A stretch of 46,307 nucleotides of DNA from the NCBI RefSeq assembly GCF_001194135.2, contig NC_068982.1, positions 173,991,654 to 174,037,960 on the forward strand, written 5' to 3'. Made by a program: the position numbers and the translations under genes. The notes below the pieces were generated by a model, which made no database searches, was not told the origin of the DNA, and was given only the letters and a program-made list of their open reading frames with translations. Every line of letters starts with the position of its first letter. The first letter of the stretch is position 1. Positions 35,665-46,307 of the stretch are shown one piece after another. The DNA is from Octopus bimaculoides (taxonomy: Eukaryota).

Positions 35665-36785
35665 TTAGTATGTTGATTATGTTACCGCATCAACCCCTCA
35701 CCCTAAAGCCTAACGCCTCCTCCGACATGCTCTGCGTCCCCGTTTACAGCCAACATTGTGAACTTCTGTTCTTTTCTTGTGAAAATACATTTTGATCAAA
35801 TTATAGGAAGTCTGAACTTTGCCATAATATGTTAAAATTTGTTAACGTTTGTCTTTTATAATCTCCTAATTCTCAAGTAAAATATTAATATACAAATCGC
35901 TCGGAAGTGGTTGATCTCGGAACTTTGTAATCACCGATAAAATAAGATTCTCAGAAAATAAAATAATTGATATAGCGCATAGCTGTTAGCACAATAATTA
36001 TATATTTTGACTAGGCACGTGAGAAATTTCTATACACAATTATAATTTCAACTTGTGCTTCTTCTACCAATAATTGGCTATTGACAGAAAGAGATGGCTT
36101 TTGTAAATTTTAAACAGCTATGTGCCACTAAATTTGAATATATAAAATAATAACTCTAGGTTGTTCAATACATCTTGAATATTGGCTAACTCATAATTGT
36201 CTAGCGACCACAGCCAGCTGGTAACAATGTTTCGACATTTCTTGAAAATCTTGGTCCACAAAATTTAGCTAGATGAACACCTATACCTATTTTTAAAAAA
36301 AATAACAATCATTAAAGGGTAAGGAAAACACTACACAGTTGACCAACTTTCCAAATAACACTGTTTTCAGTATCATGAATGCTAGAGTGAGCAACTGCTA
36401 ATATCGGCACATCTAGAAATCTACTTGAAATATAGTGTGAAAGAGAAAGCTGATAACCACAGTATTTGACTACTCACTGTTACTGACTATACGTTGTGAC
36501 AGTATTCTCACACCTCAATATAAATCTAATTTATCAAACTGTACAGTGATTCACTAGTTTAGGAACACATCACTACTGCGTGTTATACTAATACAGTAGT
36601 CTCAGGTTGTAGTATTTTTGCAGTCCTTCCTTTGGGTAGAAATACTCGCTAACTTCGTTCTGCAGTACATAATACGCAAATCCTATCGTTCTTGTACCAC
36701 CTAAACAGGTTGAGGAGATTTCTAAATATGGTTTGGAACTTAATTGGAAGTGTGCAATATTTTTAGAAACTCTAAAGCAATTAGG

Positions 36786-36786
36786 T

Positions 36787-36827
<41 letters not shown>

Positions 36828-36829
36828 GC

Positions 36830-36885
<56 letters not shown>

Positions 36886-37090
36886 CACACAGGCAGACAG
36901 ACAGACAGACAGACAGACAGATAGATAGATAGATAGATAGATAGATAGGTAGATAGACGTTTATATGCAGGTATTTATATGTGTTTATATGTATATATGT
37001 ATGTATGCATGTATATGTGTATGTATGTGTGTATGTATGTATGTATGTATGTATGTGTGTACGTATGCGTGTATGTATTTACGTAGCTAT
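36786..37090. repeat. (GACA)n/(GATA)n then (TATG)n microsatellites
   Basis: Visible runs. Confidence 0.93.
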
Positions 37091-37292
37091 ACACACATAG
37101 ACATGTATATGAAACTAGTGTCAATACTAGTATTATTTCATATGTGGATGTGTTCACTATACCAAATATAACATTTCGTGAGGTTGTGTTATGGCATGAT
37201 CTTTACGGTGGCTGCATTTAACCAGTTGGAATGCCAAACTATTAACATTCTGCATTATGACCTTGACAAGATACTAACGTGTTATCCTATAG

Positions 37293-37381
37293 GTCATGGA
37301 TACGAAAATATCAACGGATTTGAGAATGGTTACTTCAAGAAACATTACCAAAATTTTGATCGACTGAAGCATCAAATGAAG
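37293..37381 (+). CDS. Candidate 89-nt exon (xHGYENINGFENGYFKKHYQNFDRLKHQMK), host gene unidentified
   Basis: Perfect TACTAAC branch motif at 37272-37278, acceptor cctatag|, one fully open frame, weak donor AAG|gtttct. Confidence 0.3.
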
Positions 37382-37501
37382 GTTTCTATATTTAGACGAA
37401 CTGTAATAATGTGGTTTTAGAGACCGTGTGTCGACTTTGGTAGTTGTGTTATAAATAGTATTGTACCATTTGTTGTATGCTGTTGCTTACTTAGAATTAG
37501 T

Positions 37502-37881
37502 GAAGGCGCATCGGCCCAGTGGTTAGGGAAGCAGACTCGCGGTCGTAGGATCGCAGTTTCGATTCCCAGACCGGACGTTGTGAGTGTTTATTGAGCGAAA
37601 ACACCTAAAGTTCCACGAGGCTCCGGCAGGGGGTGGTGGCGAACCCTGTTGTATTCTTTCACCACAACTTTCTCTCACTCTTACTTCCAGTTTCTGTTGT
37701 GCCTGTAATTCAAAGGGGCCAGCCTTGTCACACTCTGTGTTACGCTGAATCTCCCCGAGGACTACGTTAAGGGTACACGTGTCTGTGGAGTGCTCAGCCA
37801 CTTTCACGTTAATTTCAGGAGCAGGCTGTTCCGTTGATCGGATCAACTGGAACCCTCGTCGTCGTAACCGACGATGTGCCA
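37502..37881 (+). mobile_element. Full-length tRNA-derived SINE, family B, with 13-bp target-site duplication
   Basis: A-box-like ggcccagtggttagg, B-box gtttcgattccc; acttagaattagt duplicated at 37489-37501 and 37882-37894. Confidence 0.95.
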
Positions 37882-38121
37882 ACTTAGAATTAGTAGTATG
37901 TGATACAGTAATATGAATTTTGTCTTTCCAGTGTACCAAGATGAAATTCCCCCATCTAAAATTTCTCTCTGGGGAAGTTTTGCCTAAATCATTTTCTCCT
38001 TTCAGAATGTATTAATCAATAATTTAATTGTTAATGAAGAGTAACTTAGTGGGGTACGAAATTCATCCCAGGTAAATTTTTCAGGTTAGGGTTTAGAATT
38101 AGTTGGAGTTGCGGTTTAAGA

Positions 38122-38161
38122 TTAGGGTTTAGGGTTTAGGGTTAGGGTTAGGGTTAGGGTT
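38122..38161 (+). repeat. Interstitial telomere-like (TTAGGG/TTTAGGG)6
   Basis: ttagggtttagggtttagggttagggttagggttagggtt. Confidence 0.93.
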
Positions 38162-38550
38162 GCCCACATGTTGAATGTGTGAGTAAAAAATCTTCAAGAA
38201 TAAATTGAACCCTTATGTCTGTATACCAAGACAAGACCAGAAAAGACAAAAAATCTACCGTCATTTATATGTCGATATGTATATATGTATTTGTATATAT
38301 GTATGTATGTATANNNNNNNNNNNNNNNNNNNNNNNNNNNNNNNNNNNNNNNNNNNNNNNNNNNNNNNNNNNNNNNNNNNNNNNNNNNNNNNNNNNNNNN
38401 NNNNNNNNNNNNNNNNNNNNNNNNNNNNNNNNNNNNNNNNNNNNNNNNNTATATATATATATATATATTAATAATAATAATAATAAATCACATCAAAAGA
38501 ATGAATGAGATCTCGATATTATGTAAATAGAAGAATTTATCTATAATATA

Positions 38551-38950
38551 ATATGTGACGATTAGTCGGTTGCCATAATAGAACTCAGTTTCGGATGTCG
38601 GGGCGACATCCGAAAATAACGACCGTTAAATAAAGGGAAATTTAACGACCGTTAAATAAAGGGAAATTACCCTTATAGGGAGAATGCAAAAAACCTTGAA
38701 GAATCTGCGCGGATTCTATGAGCGTGGGTTTAGCTTCTTCAAGTTTTTTACTTTCTCCCTATTCGGGTCATTCTCATAGGTCTTTTGTTCGTCTCAATAA
38801 CGGTCATCTTCATAGTAACTTCCCTTTATTTAACGTTCATTTTCATAGCATTTTTGTTTGTCTTAATAACTGAAGAGATGCCGGAGCAGACTTCCACCCC
38901 ACATCCGAAACTCTGACTTTTATTATAGCAACCGGCTAATCGTCACATAT
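38551..38950. mobile_element. MITE-like element with roughly 53-bp terminal inverted repeats
   Basis: Left atatgtgacgattagtcggttgccataatagaactcagtttcggatgtcgggg versus reverse complement of right atatgtgacgattagccggttgctataataaaagtcagagtttcggatgtgggg; AT-rich (ATATT)n flanks. Confidence 0.8.
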
Positions 38951-40030
38951 TATATTATATTATATTATATTATATTATATATATATATATGATTGTAATA
39001 TAATACTTTTTCTAAACTTCATACATAGATTATACTTTGAATTACGAAGGGGGTAACTTTTGCCAAGACGGGGGAATTTTTTTCTTAAGGATGAAATTCC
39101 TCAGGAGAAAAATTTGTCTGGGCACTTTTTCCGGGGGAAGGAAATTCACCCCAGGCAAAGTTTTCCAGGCGGAATTTCATCCAGTGGGAAAGAAATTGAC
39201 TGCTACACCGGTACAGAATAGAATAACGCTCAGTCAGTTAATTTTCTACTGTTTCATCCATATTGGAAATTTATATAAAAATGAAACAGCACTAAACATT
39301 TTTACTTCTGCTATAAAACAGTTAAACTACAATACCTACATACTTATGTTAAGTTTAGTCATAAAATACTAATTTCACGCATTAGTCATTATTTAAACTT
39401 CGTGTATTAGTCACCAACATTAAAATTTTGTTTCTATTCACGATGTCTTTGATAGCATGTTTTAATTATTTATTATATATTCAATTAATAAATTAACGAC
39501 GTACCCATTGTGATAAGTTTAATAAATTGTTTCCATTATTAATTCAATATGGTTTTGAAATGATATTTTCTTTGTTTAAAAGCCTAATGCTAATCTAACC
39601 TCGATATCCCTCTAAACTCAGCTGTATACCTAATCCAATTATTAAGCTGACCTAATTTCATTGCATAACAGAGAAATCCAAAATGCAATTGACCCTTAAT
39701 GAAAATATATATAATTATAAACATGTTATAACTTGCTTTCCTGTTAAATCGGTTCGTCTTTCTGCAACTTTTTCGCGAACCTTTCAAACTATAGATATTC
39801 TTATAACGATTAATGCCGTTACATCTAAGTTGGTTGGTTGTAGGGATTGCTGTCGTTGTTGACGTCATAATGATGGAATTGTTGGTAGAAGTAGAAGTGG
39901 TGGAGTGGTGGATGTGGGGGTATTGGTCGAGATAGTGCAGCTGCACCACACCCAAACATCTTCAACTGGATTTATAAGAAAGTTTATGAATTAGTGAATT
40001 CTCGCTAGAGCCTCAGAGTTACTCTTATCC

Positions 40031-40033
<3 letters not shown>

Positions 40034-40114
<81 letters not shown>

Positions 40115-40122
40115 CTCTCTCT
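40034..40122. repeat. (CT)n microsatellite
   Basis: Visible run. Confidence 0.96.
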
Positions 40123-40209
40123 ATCCCTCCGACATTTCTATTGTGACCATAATGGTTCTTAATATTTTTTCTACCCCTAACTGCAAAGCTCACCTTAAAT
40201 ACCTGTAAA

Positions 40210-40930
40210 TCATTCTCTTGTCACCTCAGCCTTCTCACATAATTCATGCCTTACACTAACTTTTGCGATCCAGGAACAGCAAATATCAACCAAATATCTG
40301 ATGCACAAAGGGAATAGAGATGCAGGAAAAACAGTAAAATGTGACAACCAATGCAAACTTTGTGGGGTTAACACCGGAGATATCACCCACATCATAACCA
40401 GTTGTCCGAAAACATCATCACGGCGTTATATACCGATGAGACTTGATGTTGTTGCTGGGACACCATATAATGAAATCCGTCGGAAGGATAACCCCGAGGA
40501 CAAAGAAATAAGAACCTATAGTATGATAGAAGCCATAACCACTAATAATAAAAAGAAGTACTAGTGGAGTGTCCCAGTGAAAACCTTAATAAAACGTAAG
40601 CACAACAGAACTCATATAATGATTTAAGATAGAGAAGAGAAATTGTGCACTTTTGTGGAAATTAGCTGCCCAGCAGATGGTAACATGAAGCTGAAGATCA
40701 ATGAAAAAGAAAATACCTATGCTGAACTAGTGAGAAATCTGCGGTTACTCTATCCAGATTGCAAGTTCAGGTTTATACCTGTAACTATTGGGGCCCTGAG
40801 AATATGTAACACACTACCTAAATACCAATCTTGAGAAATTAGGCTTCTAAAAATCAGAAAGGAGAAAGCTGATTCGAAGACCATATATCCAATCCAATAC
40901 TAATCTGTAAAATTTTCCAGAAGTTTATCG
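40210..40930 (+). mobile_element. RLE-clade non-LTR retrotransposon (R4/NeSL-like) 3' fragment: CCHC knuckle plus restriction-like endonuclease
   Basis: AIQEQQISTKYL..CKLCGVNTGDITHIITSCPK (CCHC), then KHNRTHIMI..CTFVEISCPADGN..KENTYAELVRNL..FIPVTIGAL (degenerate PD..E.S.P..K..Y endonuclease); broken by stops. Confidence 0.9.
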
Positions 40931-40989
40931 TTTAAGTGTATATGAGCATGTCTAGATATGCAAGTCTATGCATGAGAAGAAAAATTTGC

Positions 40990-41214
40990 TAATGTACATA
41001 CATACATACATACATGCATGCATACATACATGCATACATACATACATACATACATACATACATACATACATACATACATACAAACATACATACATACATA
41101 CCCTATTGATATAGTTGAAATTCCAGTGAAGAAGACTTGGATCTAGGTTAGAAACCGACTCTTTCACTATTGGCCAGAAATCTTGAAATAAAATTGAATA
41201 ATGATACACATACA

Positions 41215-41246
<32 letters not shown>

Positions 41247-41250
41247 CACA
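40990..41250 (-). repeat. (CATA)n tracts enclosing copy 2 of the short dispersed repeat core (41114-41204)
   Basis: Reverse complement of 32182-32275. Confidence 0.85.
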
Positions 41251-42399
41251 TATGAACAGACAAACAAAGAGGCAAAGTAGTATCGTGAATGTTTAACATA
41301 TATGGGTATATATTGTGCAGTAGTTAATCATTATTTGATATAAAACGCAAACATGGAAATCAAAAGTAAAATATATTGTGTGAGAGCATAAGTTTTAGGT
41401 CTAACGTCACTTGACACAAAAAGCCACCCGCATCTCTGCGACGGATTCACGGTTTCTATACTTAACGATTAAACTACCGACACTCGTGCTGTAGTTTCCA
41501 TCACTGAGCGGTTGACCTCTGTTCCAAATAGGCAAGTAAGTGTAAATCCATCGACGTCGCTCTACTTCTATACAACATATTCGCGTTATGTTTAGCTGAA
41601 CAACCGAGGTTATTACAAAGGATAACACAAGGGTGTAAGCATTAAGAGATAAAAGCAGGGAATATTTTTCATAGATGAACTAAACCAGGCTCTCACCGCT
41701 CTTAACATGACAGCGGCTGTAAGCTGTGGAGAGGTGTTATCACCTATTCAACACCCATACATACACATGTATACGTATATATATATATATATNNNNNNNN
41801 NNNNNNNNNNNNNNNNNNNNNNNNNNNNNNNNNNNNNNNNNNNNNNNNNNNNNNNNNNNNNNNNNNNNNNNNNNNNNNNNNNNNNNNNNNNNNNNNNNNN
41901 NNNNNNNNNNNNNNNNNNNNNNNNNNNNNNNNNNNNNNNNNNNNNNNNNNNNNNNNNNNNNNNNNNNNNNNNNNNNNNNNNNNATATATATAAAATTCTG
42001 TTTACACAGGAGCCCTTTCTTCTCTTTCGTTTCTAACCTATTTATGTCTTTTCTCTTGTTTAGATCCATCTTCCCCACTTATCCCTGAAAAATAAATACC
42101 ACCTAATGTGTGCTTGTTTGTTAAATGCTTTTCTTCCTTTGTAAGGCGCCAACAATGGTGCATGAAATAAATTCCATACGAAGAAGAACCTTTTTATTTT
42201 TCTCCATACACCTCTATCACACATTTTAGTTTCTCTTTCTCTCCCCCTCTCTCTTTCTCTCTCACTCTCTCGCTAATTTCATATACATGTGTGTATGCGT
42301 GTATGCACACATATGTAGGTGTCTGTGAGTGTGTGTGAGAGAGAGAGACAGACAGACAGACAGAGACAGACAGACACAGACAGAGTGAGAGCGAGAGAG

Positions 42400-42875
42400 T
42401 GCGTAGGAAAGACAACAAAAGCCATCGATATTGTGACTACAATAACCACCAACACTGCTACAAACAACTTCACCATCATAGCACTCCTCATCAGACCATT
42501 TTTTTTTTCAAATACGACCATAAGCACCACTGCTATCACCACAACCAACACCATTCCCAGCAACAATTCTCGTTTTTCTTTACACAATCACCAACCAATA
42601 CGCCATCGCCGTCAAAGTGCTTTTCCTGCTAATCTATCGACCAACCAACCAATCACCCAATGCATTTGTTTATTCAAACCATTCAACCAAAACAACGAAT
42701 CCAGCCACTAACACCTGCACCTACCCATCTCCAACCTCTCCTCTTTCTACTACCCTATGTCCTGCTACTACTGCTACTACCGCTCCTATATTCTCCTATA
42801 TTCACCACTAACAGCACCAACAAGAACAACAATAATCGCAATAACATCCGAAGCACTACATATAGATATTATTAA
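42400..42875. repeat. Degenerate C/A-rich trinucleotide low-complexity region
   Basis: Scattered CAA/CAC/CTA runs. Confidence 0.6.
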
Positions 42876-42894
42876 CGTGTATTGTCAGAACTGA

Positions 42895-43745
42895 TAGACG
42901 GGTAACATAGCTTTCAAATATAAAATATCCTTGCAATATTCAGCTACGTTCCTTTACGTTCTGCGTTCAAAACCTGTTGAGGTCATCTACGCATTTCATT
43001 CCTTCGGGTTAATAAAGTAAAATTCAAGTAGTGGAATTGACTTATTATTGACTTATTCCGTCCCCGAAAATTGCTGGCTTTGTGCCAAAATTTGAAACAG
43101 ACTTTTAGTTACGTCCCTTTATGTTCAAAACCTGTTGAGGTCCTCTACAATATTTTCATCTCAACGAGGTCGATAAAGTAAAGCACTAGTTTGGTAGAAA
43201 CTCAATTTAATAGACTAAACGCCTTCCTTAAATTTCCAGCGTTGTGCCTCTTTTAGAACCGTGTTGTTGTTTTCATTGTCTATTATTAGAATAACTAAGG
43301 CGACGAGCTGGCAGAAATGTTAGCACTCCGGGACAAAATACTTAGCGGTATTTCGTTTGTCTTTGTGTTCTTAGTTCAAATTCCGCCGAGGTCGACTTTG
43401 CATTTCATTCCTACGGGGTCGATAAATTAATTACCAGTTGCGTACTGAGGTCGATGTAATCGACTGCCCCACCCCTCCCCCAAAATTTCGGTCCTTGTGC
43501 CTAGAGTAGAAAAGATTATTAGAATAACTAAAAGTTGGTGAGCTGGCAGAGTCGTTACAGCATTGAAAAAATGCCTTGCGACATTTTCCTCGTATTTTAA
43601 CATGCTCAGTTCAAATTCCGCAGCTGTCAACTTTGCCTTTCATCTCTATGTGGTAAGTAAACTAAAGTACCAGTCATCTACTGGTCGATGGTATCAACAA
43701 TCCTAGCCCCTCAACATTACTCGCTCTGTGCCAAAATTAGAGATT
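42895..43745 (+). mobile_element. Cluster of four head-to-tail family-A SINEs of different ages
   Basis: Copies at about 42895-43098, 43105-43258, 43299-43514 (least diverged; 17-bp direct repeat attattagaataactaa at 43282-43298 and 43515-43531) and 43532-43745. Confidence 0.85.
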
Positions 43746-45619
43746 CTTATTTCAATAACAAAACCACGATCCATTGCATACGCACGAATATTTCGCCATA
43801 CATTATATATAGATATATATATATATATATAGGAGAATTCACGAAAAAACAACAGACGAAGGCAGGTGGTGCAAACAACAAATGGATGTATTAGTATAAC
43901 GCTCGAGAATAGAGAAAGTCTTTACCGTTTCGAGCCTATGCTCTTCAACTGAAAGGAACACAGAAAGAAATAAGGAGAGGAACAAGGAGAGAAAAAATAT
44001 GTGTTGTGGCCAGCGATCTATCATGGCGAATGCGGGACAGAAGGGTCACACAGGAGAATTAAGAAGAAGGAGAGATAACAAAGTAGTAGTGATCCTAAAA
44101 CGAAGGTGCGTGTGTGTGACAGAATGCTGGTGCTTAACGTATGCATGTGTGTATGTAGGTGTGAAGGTGTGAAAATGTGGGGATGGGAATAGGTCAGTGC
44201 TGATATGAGCGTGGTGGTGTGTTGTGATGTGATGTTGCGTGATATGGTATAGCGTGGTGTAATGTGAAGGTGTTGAGAGGTGGGGGAGGCGAGAGTGGCT
44301 GTGTGGAATATCCGATGATGTTGCATTTTTTTCTCTCTCGATGATACAGAAGATGCAGTATTACGATGTATTACGAAACAACGATAGACTTGCTCNNNNN
44401 NNNNNNNNNNNNNNNNNNNNNNNNNNNNNNNNNNNNNNNNNNNNNNNNNNNNNNNNNNNNNNNNNNNNNNNNNNNNNNNNNNNNNNNNNNNNNNNNNNNN
44501 NNNNNNNNNNNNNNNNNNNNNNNNNNNNNNNNNNNNNNNNNNNNNNNNNNNNNNNNNNNNNNNNNNNNNNNNNNNNNNNNNNNNNNNNNNNNNNNNNNNN
44601 NNNNNNNNNNNNNNNNNNNNNNNNNNNNNNNNNNNNNNNNNNNNNNNNNNNNNNNNNNNNNNNNNNNNNNNNNNNNNNNNNNNNNNNNNNNNNNNNNNNN
44701 NNNNNNNNNNNNNNNNNNNNNNNNNNNNNNNNNNNNNNNNNNNNNNNNNNNNNNNNNNNNNNNNNNNNNNNNNNNNNNNNNNNNNNNNNNNNNNNNNNNN
44801 NNNNNNNNNNNNNNNNNNNNNNNNNNNNNNNNNNNNNNNNNNNNNNNNNNNNNNNNNNNNNNNNNNNNNNNNNNNNNNNNNNNNNNNNNNNNNNNNNNNN
44901 NNNNNNNNNNNNNNNNNNNNNNNNNNNNNTTTTTTTTATCATGTGTACAACTGAACTCATAGGTTCATAGGTTCAGCCCATAAAACAGGGTAATAAATAG
45001 ACGGGAAAATAAAAACAAAAAACTCAATCTGAAAATACACTGCTGCAAACGTAGTTTAAATTTCAATAACGCAAAAAAGATCAATCTTTATTATCTCCTG
45101 TAATAACGCGAGAGACTCAAGTCCCCTTTAAAAAAAAAAAAAACACTTCGTCCACAGCGCTTGGCTGAATACAATTAACCGAATTTATAAATGCTCAAAT
45201 CGCATTTCGCCGAAAAGAATATTAATCAAATATTTTGGGCTTATTTTTTATTATATTTTTTAAATCTTATATTGAAGCAAGTGATTTCTTCATAGTCTTC
45301 ACCGCTGTCAAAATGTTTCGTTGTTATTGAAATGCGTGAGCCGACTATCATAACCAGCTTTGTTCGTTTGTTTGCTTTTTACAATCTTTTAGTTTATACG
45401 AACTTTAAATTTCTATATATTTTTTGTACAGTTTTGTGACGCATTTTCACTTGGAATAAAAGAGAAAGACACACAAAAATTTTTTTTAAAAAACGGAATT
45501 GACCCACGTTGAATTTTGAATTCAGAGCATAAATTAACAAAAGCTAAAGCCTTGTAAAGCATTTAATGAGACGCTTTGCTGTTTCAGTTACCCTATTAAA
45601 ATTCTACTAACACTGAAAG

Positions 45620-46060
45620 TAATTCTTTCCAATTTTGGTACAAGACCATTAAATTTTATGGACGAAGTCGATTACACCGAGCCCAGCATTCAACTGATAC
45701 TTATTTTATCGATCACGAAAGGATGAAAAGCGAAATTCACGTTGGCAGAACTTGAACTCAGAACGCAAAAAGCCAGAAGAAATATGTATCTTTACTCATC
45801 AAATCCTATGTGCTGACGATTCTCCAAGCTCGCCTCCCTTGTAATGAAATCCTTTCTACTATAGGCCCAAGGCCTGAAATTTTGTGGGAGGGTTTAATCA
45901 ATTATATCGATCCCACTGCTCCACTAGTATGTATTTTATGGACCCAGAAAGGATGAAAGGCAAAGTCGATCCCTGCAGAATTTGAACTCAGAACGTGGAG
46001 ACGGGCGAAGTGCCGCTAAGCATTTTTGCCAGCGTGCTAACGATGCCAGCTCACCGCCTC
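45620..46060 (-). mobile_element. Two tandem family-A SINEs (about 45620-45840 and 45850-46060)
   Basis: Each contains aaaggatgaaa(a/g)gc..aa..ttgaactcagaacg and ends at a reversed head (ctcgcctccc / ctcaccgcct). Confidence 0.87.
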
Positions 46061-46069
46061 AGTACTGCT

Positions 46070-46185
46070 ACCACTATTACTACTACTACTACTACTACTA
46101 CTACTAATAATAATAATAATAATAATAATGATAATAATAATAATAATAATAATAGTAATAATAATAATAATAGTAATAATAATAA
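46070..46185. repeat. (CTA)n(TAA)n microsatellite
   Basis: Visible runs. Confidence 0.96.
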
Positions 46186-46307
46186 TTGCTACAGCTCCAA
46201 ACAAAAGAGGGACTTGTGAAAACGAAAGCCATCCCCATTAGAAGAGGAATATTCCAGGGAGATACGCTCTCTCCACTCCTGTTCTGCCTGGCACTCACAC
46301 CTTTAAC
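46186..46307 (+). mobile_element. 5'-truncated RLE-clade (R4/Dong-like) non-LTR RT fragment running off the window
   Basis: Open frame LLQLQTKEGLVKTKAIPIRRGIFQGDTLSPLLFCLALTPL, the GIFQGDSLSPLLFCLAL motif of R4/NeSL-type RTs. Confidence 0.9.

Larger units (their letters stand above)
37928..39211. mobile_element. Putative non-autonomous DNA element with degenerate inverted ends and an internal TTAGGG tract
   Basis: Left end ccagtgtacc..gatgaaattcc..ttttgcct..attttctcct partly matches the reverse complement of the right end (ccggtgtagc..gatgaaattcc..actttgcct..atttttctcct). Confidence 0.4.

Noticed and set aside
38122-38161. True chromosome end or fusion site
   Set aside because: Only six units, internal, single orientation, and embedded in an apparent repeat element.
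38866-38920. CTGAAGAG..CCGAAAC hammerhead-like motif in the MITE right end
   Set aside because: No valid stem III or NUH triplet; explained by the TIR sequence.
39590-39955. 121-aa Thr/Ser-rich minus-strand ORF
   Set aside because: Low-complexity GT-rich sequence, several frames equally plausible, and no homology recognised.

Overview
AT-rich, repeat-saturated eukaryotic DNA from a gapped short-read assembly. There are ten N gaps, most flanked by microsatellites. The SINE families and dense (TA/CA/GATA/TATG)n tracts look like an octopus (cephalopod) genome; this is inferred from remembered repeat consensus sequences, not from a search. No intact protein-coding gene, rRNA, CRISPR array or prokaryotic system is recognisable, and almost all supplied ORFs are microsatellite or N-gap artefacts. 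Supported content: many tRNA-derived SINEs of several families, three decayed RTE LINE fragments, two RLE-clade (R4/NeSL-like) non-LTR fragments, a hAT Buster/Charlie transposase remnant, a DINE-1/HINE-like element, a TIR MITE nested in a TTAGGG-containing element, a decayed tRNA-Thr(CGU)-like sequence and a few candidate spliceosomal exons. The standout structure is a gap-free ~6.5 kb CpG-dense array (23869-30380) built from AACG and self-complementary TACG tetramers. It has recurrent higher-order modules and many variants of the CpG-deamination type. Other notable items: a cluster of nested direct and inverted duplications at 9.5-14.7 kb that includes a 108-bp-arm hairpin, a degenerate hammerhead-ribozyme-like motif, and an R4/Dong-like RT fragment joined directly to a (TAA)n tract.
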